DNA of 64,000 nucleotides from Bythopirellula sp. (GTDB taxonomy: Bacteria; Planctomycetota; Planctomycetia; Pirellulales; Lacipirellulaceae). Both the position numbers and the translations under genes were made by a program. Shown one piece after another: positions 1-8,792 of the stretch. The first letter of the stretch is position 1. Every line of letters starts with the position of its first letter. The notes under the pieces are model-generated. The model saw nothing but the letters and a program-made list of their open reading frames with translations, was not told the origin of the DNA and made no database searches. Where the stretch lies: the NCBI GenBank assembly GCA_965216565.1, contig OZ244170.1:1632001-1696000 (forward strand). The letters run 5' to 3'.

Positions 1-531
1 GAGACGAGGACGTACGGGCCCGGATGTAACAATCACATTGTTAATATACTTCCAGCGTCGGTGGCTAACGCGTTGTTCCACGCGGGCCAGCATTGCTGGA
101 GTGAGCAGATGATCGAGGTCGTAGCCGTCGACCCATTCCATCTCCATGATGCGAATGCGATTACGCTCGGTGAAATTCTGCACGTCCAACAAACAGTCGT
201 GCTGAATCTTTGCTACGCTACCGGCCACCTGGGCAATTCGATTCATTGCCAAGTCGTATGCCTGTTGGCTGGGATATCGCTCGGGCGAAAATATTTTCAA
301 CGCCAGCGGTAGCGTAAAGCCATCTGAGCCGCGGCGTTCACTCAGGTACACAACACCCTGACCACCGGTACCAAGCAGCCGTCGAAAGCGTAAGTGCTCT
401 GTCCAACCCATGTACTGAGTGTCTAGTAAATGTTCGTATCGTTTATATAGATCGGAAGGACAGCGACTTTCCGGCTGTCCATCGTAAGTGATAGTCCGCG
501 TTCCTTGCAGAATGGTTGTCGAGGGATTCAT
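1..531 (-). CDS. Ser/Thr protein kinase, N-terminal part (runs off the left edge)
   Basis: Not in the ORF track. Manual translation from ATG at 531 is open to base 1: MNPSTTILQG...RRLLGTGGQGVVYLSERRG...LALKIFSP...MEWVDGYDL, i.e. Hanks kinase glycine loop, AxK lysine and hinge. Confidence 0.85.
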   Translation of the reverse strand, partial: MNPSTTILQGTRTITYDGQPESRCPSDLYKRYEHLLDTQYMGWTEHLRFRRLLGTGGQGVVYLSERRGSDGFTLPLALKIFSPERYPSQQAYDLAMNRIAQVAGSVAKIQHDCLLDVQNFTERNRIRIMEMEWVDGYDLDHLLTPAMLARVEQRVSHRRWKYINNVIVTSGPVRPRL

Positions 532-799
532 CCGATGCCTGACGGAGGGGGAGAAATTGCTAGTCGAGAGTGGCAGAGGCTCTATAGCGGAGGGAATGGT
601 TTCTTTAACCGTGCAAAAGCAGCGTGCGATCGGGGGTTAGGATCGAAAAGCGTCTGCCCACTAGTTCAATTTTACTCAGTTGACTGGTGCAGAGTCTACA
701 TTGCAAATAGCCACAGCTCACGAACTTCCAGCTATTGAGTCATTCCTCAATATACGAAGATTCTGCAAAAACTTAGATATTTTGATAAGAACCAACCAA

Positions 800-1786
800 T
801 TAGACACCGCCAGGGGGGTCCAGGATCGCCTCTGGCGGGGGAAATCCAAGCTTTTTGTCGACAAGATTTGTCAGCGGAGCTCCTGAGAGGTACTGGCTCA
901 GATTTGCGCAGAAGAAGTCGGTCATGTCGTCAATGCGACTCGCACGCTGACCTCCGACATGGGGGGTTATGAGGACATTTGGCAGATCCCAGAGCGGACT
1001 TGTCTCAGCAAGCGGTTCTTGCTCAGTAACATCCACCCCAGCCCCCCACAGATGCCCAGATTGCAGGACGGCTACTAAATCGGCTTCTACGATTAGTGGA
1101 CCCCGGGCAACATTGATCACTACCGCTTCGCTGGGGAGCAGTCGGAGGCGTCGCTCGTCGATCATGCCGTGCGTTTTATCGTTCAGCGGAGCAGCAAGAA
1201 TCAAGACGTCCATGCGAGGAAGAATCTCATCAAGTGCATCGGCTGGGTGCAATTCGTCCACAAAATCGCATTTCTGATTAGGAAACCAGTCAGTGGCTAA
1301 GATCGTGGTGTCCATTTGCTTAAGAATCCTGGCCAGGTGCCGCCCATTGCCGCCCAAACCAACGATACCGACGGTTGCCCCATGGAGATCCCGCGTGGGA
1401 CGGCGAATGAATTCGCGGGCATTCTGGGCACGAAAGAAAGTTGGCAGGCTGCGGAGAATTCCTGTAAGCAAGGCAAGAGTGTGGTCGGCCACCTGCTTCG
1501 CCAAAACCCCGGAAGCGCTGGTAACAACGATCTCGGAATCAATGACGCTGGGCACCAGACAATGGTCGAGCCCTGCAGCTGAGGATTGGATCCATTTCAG
1601 CCGCCCTCCTGCCACCACTTCGTCCCAGGGAACGGGAACCTTGGCATGTCCACAAAAGATATCCGCACGCGGCAATTCCTCTGCAACACGCTCCTGACCG
1701 GCATCGACAACATCAGCGTCCGGGCACGTTTTGCGTATTTGACTGAGGTGTTTTGGCTCTACAGGATAGCAAAGAACGATTCGCAT
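800..1786 (-). CDS. D-2-hydroxyacid dehydrogenase family protein
   Basis: GIVGLGGNG Rossmann motif, INVARG, DVTEQEP and TPHVGG catalytic Arg/Glu/His. Confidence 0.92.
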   Translation of the reverse strand: MRIVLCYPVEPKHLSQIRKTCPDADVVDAGQERVAEELPRADIFCGHAKVPVPWDEVVAGGRLKWIQSSAAGLDHCLVPSVIDSEIVVTSASGVLAKQVADHTLALLTGILRSLPTFFRAQNAREFIRRPTRDLHGATVGIVGLGGNGRHLARILKQMDTTILATDWFPNQKCDFVDELHPADALDEILPRMDVLILAAPLNDKTHGMIDERRLRLLPSEAVVINVARGPLIVEADLVAVLQSGHLWGAGVDVTEQEPLAETSPLWDLPNVLITPHVGGQRASRIDDMTDFFCANLSQYLSGAPLTNLVDKKLGFPPPEAILDPPGGV

Positions 1787-2021
1787 GGTTCGATATGTAT
1801 CGGAAAATCTGAACGGGTTGGTGGAATTACCGAATCGACGCGGTGAAGTTCGACTGGAGAGTGCAGGCCACTTGGCGTAGAATAAATAGCTTGCACAAAC
1901 CTCCGCTGGGCGGTTCTGTTGCGACTGCAGTCTCAGAGCTAGTGTAGCGAATGAGCGACCATAACAGAACGTGGTGTTGGAACAGCTATCTTGTTAGTTC
2001 CAACGAATCGGAAGAAATACT

Positions 2022-3125
2022 GTGGGAACTAATCAAAATACGGAAGTAAAACGTTCTAGTTGCTGCATGTGGAAGCTCGCCGTTGCTTTGCTGCTCTTGA
2101 GGTTGTGCGTTGGCTGGCACTTTTTCGCCGAGGGCATAAAGAAGCTGTCGTACGATGAGAGTCGCCAAGCATGGAGCATGAACGTTCCTACTGAATACCT
2201 ATTTGGCCAGGCCGTCGGCCCACTGGCAAGCTTTTACCATAGTTTCGTTCCAGGCGACCACAATTGGCGAAGCACCCTTGCCGAGCCCAAGCAATTGACC
2301 CCGGAAAGTGCCAAAGAACTTTCCGACTGGATTGGTAAGTATGTCAAACGTCGGCAAGGTGAACTCAGGAATAATAAGCACACGGAAGTCGATCTCCCCG
2401 ACTTCCTGCCCTATACCTCTTGGTACAAAGAGATCGATACGGATCGACGCGAATTATTCGAGCAATTCACCAGCGTCCCAGGGCTAGAGGAAGAGCAGAA
2501 AGCGGCAGCAGCCGAGATCTTTGAAAAACGCGATCGTCAGCTCGCTGATTATCTGGCCGGAGAGTCGCTCGAAATCCAGACATATCAGCACGAGCTTTGG
2601 CGTTTGGAAAACATGAAGCAAGAGTCCGGGGCCGAAGAGATTCCGTATCGCGCACAACGGGCCATGAAGTCTCAAGCAGAGACCAGCAACAACCCGCGCC
2701 GGTGGGTCGCAACTGTGAAGTCCTACGATGCTGAGCTCGTTAATGACCTGAAGTCGCTTCTCTCGTCGGAGCAGCGCGGGACTCCCGTGGCAGCGACTGT
2801 CGACGAAGCACTGACGTCGCCTAAGGCAAAATCGCTGCACCTTATGAATGTAGCTGCTACTTGTCTCACAATCGGTGTAGGGCTCTGCTTGCTGACTGGA
2901 TTGTTTACTAGGTTAGCCTCGGTGCTCGGCATTGTGTTCTTGGTTTCCGTCATGGCGACCCAGCCTCCTTGGGTACCAGGCGCTCAAACCATGATGTTTT
3001 ACTATCAACTAGTTGAAGTAGCCGCGTTGGCTGTCCTAGCGACGTCCCGGGCTGGTCATGTGGCTGGTCTTGATTTTGTGATACACGGTCTTTGGTCAAA
3101 GTGTTGCGGCAGTAAGAACGCTTAA
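2022..3125 (+). CDS. DoxX family membrane protein with large extracytoplasmic insertion
   Basis: LLLRLCVGWHFFAEGIKK N-terminal DoxX helix, GLCLLTGLFTRLAS and GLD C-terminal motifs. GTG start uncertain. Confidence 0.8.
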   Translation: MGTNQNTEVKRSSCCMWKLAVALLLLRLCVGWHFFAEGIKKLSYDESRQAWSMNVPTEYLFGQAVGPLASFYHSFVPGDHNWRSTLAEPKQLTPESAKELSDWIGKYVKRRQGELRNNKHTEVDLPDFLPYTSWYKEIDTDRRELFEQFTSVPGLEEEQKAAAAEIFEKRDRQLADYLAGESLEIQTYQHELWRLENMKQESGAEEIPYRAQRAMKSQAETSNNPRRWVATVKSYDAELVNDLKSLLSSEQRGTPVAATVDEALTSPKAKSLHLMNVAATCLTIGVGLCLLTGLFTRLASVLGIVFLVSVMATQPPWVPGAQTMMFYYQLVEVAALAVLATSRAGHVAGLDFVIHGLWSKCCGSKNA

Positions 3126-3142
3126 ATAAGAGAATTGCAATA

Positions 3143-4930
3143 ATGGATCTCTCTCCCGAAGAAAAAGAAGTTGGCAAGCAGAACTTTCTCGAAGCAGCAG
3201 GTGCGACGCGCCGCGACTTTTTGAAAGGCACCGTCCTGGCGACAGCAACCGCTGGCACAACACTCGGGGCTGCCTATTACAAGTACGGCGAAATTGGCAA
3301 CGACCGATTGCGGGTGGGCATTATCGGAACGGGCGACGAAGGCGGCGTACTGATTGGTGCACTCAATCCTGACTACATCGATGTGGTTGCAGTCGCTGAT
3401 ATCCGTCCTTATAGCACGCACCGCGCTTTCCACGGCGACAACTATAGCGCCGGCACTATCAAAGCTCGCCCAGGCTTGATGAGAGTTTACGGTTGGAAAA
3501 CCGAAGATGAAGCTCGCAAGCAAGTGAAGGTCTACGAGCACCCTGACGGTGGCTACAAGCAGATGCTTGATGACAAGGACCTCGACATCGATGCCGTTAT
3601 CATCGCGTTGCCCTTGCACTTGCACAACGAAGCCGCCATCTATGCGATGAAGAAGGGCAAGCATGTCCTAACCGAAAAGCTGATGGGGCATAGCGTCGGT
3701 GAATGCAAAGAGATGGCACGCGTGGCGGACGAGACGGGCTTGATTCTCGCAACAGGCCACCAACGTCACTACAACATCCTGTATGACAACGCCGTCGACC
3801 AAATCAGCAGCGGACTTATCGGAGACATTCATCACATCCGCGCTCAATGGCACCGAGCAAACTTGCCCGGACGCGATAGCTGGCAGCCACCGTTGCCTTG
3901 CCCATTTGTCAGCGAAGACGATTACAAAAACCTGATTCGTGCAGCCCGTAAGGTGAGCAAAGAAGCAGAACAAGATGTTCGTGACGAATACAAACTATTG
4001 GGCGAATACTACGCTTGGAAGCGCAAACTTAATACCACGACCGGTGCTGAATCTGACACCTGGGCGATGAAAGTCGCTCAAAAGCGGCAGCAAATTGAAG
4101 ACTATGTGGTCAAGAGTACCGTAGCCAACTACGGCTACGAAGAGAAATCGTTACCCGTCGGCAGAAAGCGAACTGCACTTGAAGAATTGATTCGTTGGCG
4201 ACTTTGGGATCGAACAGGCGGTGGCTTGATGGCCGAGCTAGGTAGTCATCAACTCGATGCCGCCAGCATCTTTATCAGTTCACAAAGCGAAGGACGAAAG
4301 AAGATGATGCCGCTGAGCGTCACGGGTGTGGGTGGAAGACACATTTTCCCAGCCGACCGGGACGTCGACGACCACGTCTACACCATGTACGAGTTCCCGG
4401 GGCGGGGCTATTACGCAGACGACAAGCAGCAGGAAGTGGCCGACCCCAATAAGAAAATCGTCGTTACCTATTCTTCGATCAATGGCAACGACTTTGGCGG
4501 TTATGGCGAAGTCGTATTGGGAACGCAGGGCACGTTGATCCTGGAACGGGAAAAAGACGTCATGCTCTACAAGAAGTCAGAGACATCGACGAAGATCTCC
4601 GTCAAAGACGGCGCTGGTGGCCCGGCACTCGACACCTACGAGACCGGTGGTGGTATGGCAGCCGTCGCGGCGGCAGCGATTCCCACTGAGGTCAGCCGAG
4701 GTTATCAGGAAGAGATCGAGCACTGGGCTTGGTGCATCAAGAACCCCGCGCCCGATCACAAGCCCAAGTGCCATCCCAAGGTTGCGCTCGCGGATGCTGT
4801 AATCGCTTTGACCTCGAACATTGCGATGGCTCGCAAGGAACGCATCGAGTTCAAGCCTGAGTGGTTTGACATCAATAGTGACGAGACTCCGGACGACAGG
4901 CCACCTCGGGGCGGTGGCGAACTTGCTTAA
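3143..4930 (+). CDS. Tat-exported Gfo/Idh/MocA family oxidoreductase
   Basis: TRRDFLK twin-arginine motif, RVGIIGTG, KHVLTEKLM, ELGSHQLD. Confidence 0.9.
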   Translation: MDLSPEEKEVGKQNFLEAAGATRRDFLKGTVLATATAGTTLGAAYYKYGEIGNDRLRVGIIGTGDEGGVLIGALNPDYIDVVAVADIRPYSTHRAFHGDNYSAGTIKARPGLMRVYGWKTEDEARKQVKVYEHPDGGYKQMLDDKDLDIDAVIIALPLHLHNEAAIYAMKKGKHVLTEKLMGHSVGECKEMARVADETGLILATGHQRHYNILYDNAVDQISSGLIGDIHHIRAQWHRANLPGRDSWQPPLPCPFVSEDDYKNLIRAARKVSKEAEQDVRDEYKLLGEYYAWKRKLNTTTGAESDTWAMKVAQKRQQIEDYVVKSTVANYGYEEKSLPVGRKRTALEELIRWRLWDRTGGGLMAELGSHQLDAASIFISSQSEGRKKMMPLSVTGVGGRHIFPADRDVDDHVYTMYEFPGRGYYADDKQQEVADPNKKIVVTYSSINGNDFGGYGEVVLGTQGTLILEREKDVMLYKKSETSTKISVKDGAGGPALDTYETGGGMAAVAAAAIPTEVSRGYQEEIEHWAWCIKNPAPDHKPKCHPKVALADAVIALTSNIAMARKERIEFKPEWFDINSDETPDDRPPRGGGELA

Positions 4931-4979
4931 GCTGCTAATACTTAAATCAATTCACAACCCACGCTAACGGAACTTTCAA

Positions 4980-5606
4980 GTGAAGACATTCCAAATTCAA
5001 ATTGCTCTGGCGGCAATGTTGGTGGTTGGGTGTAGCGAGAAAGAAGTGGCTACGCCAGAACCGTCCAGTTCTGAGAAAGCCACGACAGCTGTTTCGCCAG
5101 TCGTCCCGCAGTCGGATCTCAAACCAGCCGGAGATGAGGCAAGCCCTGGCCTGGCGATCGGGACAGAGGCTCCAAAGTTCGATCTGCCCGACCAGTATGG
5201 CGAGACGAAATCGCTGGTCGAACTACTTAAAACGAGTAGCGTGGCACTCGTTTTCTATCGCTCGGCTGATTGGTGACCATTCTGTCGCAAGCAGTTGGTT
5301 CAACTGCAAGGTGAGATGGAGACTCTGCGCGCCGCTGGCATTCAAGTCGTGGGCATTAGCTACGACGATGTTGGTATCCTACAAAAGTTCAGCGACGGGA
5401 ATGAGATCGGCTTCCCATTACTTTCAGATAGCGGCAGCAAGACGATTCGCGCGTACGGCTTGCACTTCAAAGACGGTCTGCCACATCCTGGTACCGTTCT
5501 GATTGGCCAAGATGGTGTGATCCGAGCCAAGATTTTCAGAGAGGGTTTTCGAACTCGCCATACGGTCGACGAGTTGGTTGCCGCGGCTGAAGAGCTAAAA
5601 GACTAG
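4980..5606 (+). CDS. AhpC/TSA (peroxiredoxin-like) lipoprotein, probable selenoprotein (in-frame TGA 5274-5276 read as Sec, U-P-F-C)
   Basis: ORFs 4980..5276 and 5295..5606 share a frame and join as ...LVFYRSADW-TGA-PFCRKQLVQLQ...; lipobox LVVGC; APKFDLPDQYG, VVGISYD and FPLLSD are AhpC/TSA motifs. Confidence 0.85.
5285..5314 (+). promoter_or_regulatory. Bacterial SECIS-like hairpin
   Basis: GCAGTTG-GTT-CAACTGC perfect 7-bp stem (5291-5307) with a G-initiated loop after a 21-nt spacer from the TGA; possible lower stem TCGC/GTGA. Confidence 0.7.
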
Positions 5607-5658
5607 CTCAATCTCTCGTATTCTTTGCAATCACATGTATTTCTCGGAGCGCCGCTCT

Positions 5659-7695
5659 TTAGAACCGATCGAGCGTATCAATCCAACGGGCAATGGCCGA
5701 GATGGTTTCCGGCTGTAACTCTCCAGACATTTCAGCGGAGTCTGCTACTGAGAGGGGTCGTTGCCACCAGCTTGTAGGGTAACCCGCGTCGGACAGCTCT
5801 TCGGCATTTTTTCGTATCAGTGGCACAAATGACGAGTTCGGAGTTTCCACGGCCAGAATACTCAACCGCCGGCCCGGCAGATTTGGTGGGAGTTTAAGTG
5901 TACGGGGTAGGGGGGCGTCGAGAGCGACGACTCCCGTCAAGTTACTGCCGCGACTAAACGCCAAGGCAAATGCCAGCTGCCCCGCTTTGCCGCTGCCTAG
6001 TACTGCGATGCGGTGCGCATCGATCGCAAAGCGGTTTCCTGCCGTCTGCAAAAGTATTTTCAAATATGCCAAGTCTTCACCCTTCCAGCCGGTATCCTTT
6101 TCTGGATGAGCAATTACCAAAAGTAACCCATTGCGATTGCAGTACTCTTGCCAACGCTCAGCTAACTGCTGATCAACTTTGTCGTCTCCGTCGGCGAGCC
6201 ACAATAAGAGTCCGTGGGGGCGTTCGTCGGACAACGGCGGGGAATAGTAATTGGCCACTTGGACAAACTCAGCCAGCTTCAAAGGCTTGAGTTCCAACTT
6301 GTCGGTTGATGACTTGCGGGCGTCATTACTGTGTTCGTCTGTGACGGGAAGCAATTCGTCGGGCATGTCAACAAGCTTTGCTGAAAACGCCAATTCTTTG
6401 GCATCTCTCGAGACCAGCAGGTCCACGGTACTACCTGCGGCCATTCCAGCAACAGTTTCTATAGCCTCTTCCAGATTCGAAAGTTCGGAATCGTTGATTT
6501 TCAGTAGCCGGTCACCCGACAGAATGCCTGCCTCAGCGGCGGGGCTTTCAGGCCAAATTTCGCGAACAGTGACGCCCGATTCTTTTTTATCGGTAGCGGT
6601 TTTCTCTGGCAGAGCACGCTCCGGTAGAACTCCCAAGAATGCGGCGCGATACGCGTCTAACTTTCCAGCTAGAACTACGTCTTGCGAGATTTCTTCATCC
6701 CCTCGCTTCACTGTAATCGAAAGCTCGTCTCCGGAGTAACGTGGCAAGAGCTCGAACCGAAGCTGGGCCTGGGTGCTTACCTGCTTGCCGTTGACGGCAA
6801 CGATAAGATCATCCTTCTGCCAACCCGCCTGTGCGGCTGGCGATCCTTGCCAGACTGTGGTGATACGAGGCGGAGTAACGTGGACCGAACCTTTCGCCAG
6901 GCCGATCCCAAGTTTGCCGGGAAGCAGATCTTCGCCTTGCTTCAATCGTGGCAGTATCCTCATGACCTGTTCGAGAGGAACCGCAAAGCCAATGCCGGAG
7001 TCATAGAATTCGGAGCCAGCTATTTCACTCTCTTCTCCCGAGGACTGTGGAGACATGGGAGTAAGCACCCCCAGGACCCCCCCCTGGATATCAACCAGCG
7101 GCCCACCATAGTTGGCCACCGATACGTTGGCGTCTGTTTGAATGACTCGTCCATACATTCTGTCCGTTGCGCTGACAATGCCCACGCTGAGGCCAACCTG
7201 CTCGGCTCGAAATGTTCGTCCAATAGCCACGGACCACTGCCCCACCTGCACTTGATCCTGCGGCGTTACTTCTGGCACAGGCAATTCCTGGTCGGCTTCC
7301 ACCTTCAGAAGCACGAGCATCCGGTTTTTATCTGAAGCCACCAACTCAGCCGGCACCTGAGAACCTGAGGGCAGGCGGATCAAAATCGAGGAAGGCTGTT
7401 GAACGAAATTGAAGGCGCTGGAAACGATGTACCCGTCGGCCGAAATAATCAAGCCAGTCGTCGGACCCTTGTTAATCGAAGTGCGACCAACACGATCGAG
7501 CCCGCCAACCGTCCTAATCTGAACCACAGAATCAGCAACACGCTCAGCGGCCGCTCGGAATGCTTCTTCCTCCAGCTGAGAAAGACTGGGAGCGGACCGT
7601 CTTACTTGGCTCTTGCATTGCGATGCGGTAGCAATCAGGCAGCACGCCACTAATGCGAACGAACCGAAGTTTAGTTGGAAAAGGCTTCCTCTCAT
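5659..7695 (-). CDS. HtrA/S1C-like pseudoprotease + 2 PDZ + C-terminal alpha/beta-hydrolase-like domain
   Basis: Signal peptide; TGLIISADGYIVSSAFN and IQTDANVSVANYGGPL (degenerate triad); two PDZ units (SPAAQAG, SPAAEAG); IDAHRIAVLGSGKAG. Confidence 0.8.
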   Translation of the reverse strand: MRGSLFQLNFGSFALVACCLIATASQCKSQVRRSAPSLSQLEEEAFRAAAERVADSVVQIRTVGGLDRVGRTSINKGPTTGLIISADGYIVSSAFNFVQQPSSILIRLPSGSQVPAELVASDKNRMLVLLKVEADQELPVPEVTPQDQVQVGQWSVAIGRTFRAEQVGLSVGIVSATDRMYGRVIQTDANVSVANYGGPLVDIQGGVLGVLTPMSPQSSGEESEIAGSEFYDSGIGFAVPLEQVMRILPRLKQGEDLLPGKLGIGLAKGSVHVTPPRITTVWQGSPAAQAGWQKDDLIVAVNGKQVSTQAQLRFELLPRYSGDELSITVKRGDEEISQDVVLAGKLDAYRAAFLGVLPERALPEKTATDKKESGVTVREIWPESPAAEAGILSGDRLLKINDSELSNLEEAIETVAGMAAGSTVDLLVSRDAKELAFSAKLVDMPDELLPVTDEHSNDARKSSTDKLELKPLKLAEFVQVANYYSPPLSDERPHGLLLWLADGDDKVDQQLAERWQEYCNRNGLLLVIAHPEKDTGWKGEDLAYLKILLQTAGNRFAIDAHRIAVLGSGKAGQLAFALAFSRGSNLTGVVALDAPLPRTLKLPPNLPGRRLSILAVETPNSSFVPLIRKNAEELSDAGYPTSWWQRPLSVADSAEMSGELQPETISAIARWIDTLDRF

Positions 7696-8792
7696 GGCTT
7701 TATTTCGTCTCGTTCATTTGCGTTTTCTTGAGCGCCCTGCTGGGGGTCGTCTGCTATGGATTCCTCTGTGTTATTCACAACCAGATCAAACACATAAAGC
7801 GTTCCGTCTCGTAGCACAGAGATTGTTACTCCCTCTTCCTTTTCGAGTCGACTCAATTGCCGATTGAGCGCTAGGCAAGAAACTACCGGATCGTCTCCGA
7901 CAAACACCACCAAGTCGTCGGCCTGCATGCCAGCCTTCGCGGCTGAGGAATAGGGGAGTACCGCATCGACATAGGGCGGTGTGCGTCGCAACACATCTGG
8001 CACTAGCATGAAGCCCAAGTCTGCGGTCGTCATTGCCGACTCGGGGGGTAACGCGCTATCGGCAATGCCCTCGACTTCCCGACCGGCAATGATGTCTGCC
8101 ACAACTGGCGCCAAATCGGTAGCAGGCAATGCGTAGTTCAGCCAGGTGCCCGTCATGCGGCTGCGGAGTTCTTTTCCCAGTAATCCAATCAAGTTTCCCC
8201 GCCAATCGACCAACGCCCCTCCGGCAGCACCGGGGTTGTTGGACTGAGCATCTAGAACATACACTTCGCCGCGATACTGGGTTTGCTGAGCACCTCGTCG
8301 AGCATCGAGCGGAGCGACGGCGGTAATCACACCCTGCAACACACTGGCTGCTTCATCTCCAGTTGCGATGCCATACAGATTACTCACCGCCAGGACACGC
8401 TGTCCCGTGTGCCCAGAGACTGAGGCAGACAAATCGAAATAAGGCAGCCCGCTTAGTTCGCTCTTGGGTCGGAGGACTGCCAACTCTCGGATTGGATCGG
8501 TACCAACAATCTCGGGGTGCAATTTCCGACCATCATCGAGCACGGCCACTAAATCGTCGGTGTCCAATACATAGCTCATTGCTGTGAGAATATGTCCTTC
8601 GGCAGAAATGAGAATCCCTGTCTGATAGGCTTCCATCTGTCGCAGGCCACCAGCTCCGTAAAGCTTCACCACATTCTGCTGCGCACTGCGGATGGTGCGA
8701 TGTAGTTCCTGGGCCTCCAGAAAAGGACCAACGACAAGCATCGTGCAGCAAGTGAATAAGCCACAAACAACATTAGCGGCAGAGCGGATCAT
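7692..8792 (-). CDS. HtrA/S1C-like pseudoprotease with PDZ
   Basis: TGILISAEGHILTAMSYV and NNPGAAGGAL (Ser replaced by Ala); C-terminal PDZ; 4-bp overlaps with both neighbours. Confidence 0.82.
   Translation of the reverse strand: MIRSAANVVCGLFTCCTMLVVGPFLEAQELHRTIRSAQQNVVKLYGAGGLRQMEAYQTGILISAEGHILTAMSYVLDTDDLVAVLDDGRKLHPEIVGTDPIRELAVLRPKSELSGLPYFDLSASVSGHTGQRVLAVSNLYGIATGDEAASVLQGVITAVAPLDARRGAQQTQYRGEVYVLDAQSNNPGAAGGALVDWRGNLIGLLGKELRSRMTGTWLNYALPATDLAPVVADIIAGREVEGIADSALPPESAMTTADLGFMLVPDVLRRTPPYVDAVLPYSSAAKAGMQADDLVVFVGDDPVVSCLALNRQLSRLEKEEGVTISVLRDGTLYVFDLVVNNTEESIADDPQQGAQENANERDEIKP

Noticed and set aside
61..738. Plus-strand ORFs 61..312 and 505..738, and the many other short antisense or nested ORFs in the track
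   Set aside because: They shadow well-supported genes (here the minus-strand kinase) and carry no recognisable motifs.
4980..5276. Two separate small genes or a pseudogene at the peroxiredoxin locus
   Set aside because: Same frame, the TGA falls on the catalytic Cys position and a SECIS-like hairpin follows; recoding explains it better.
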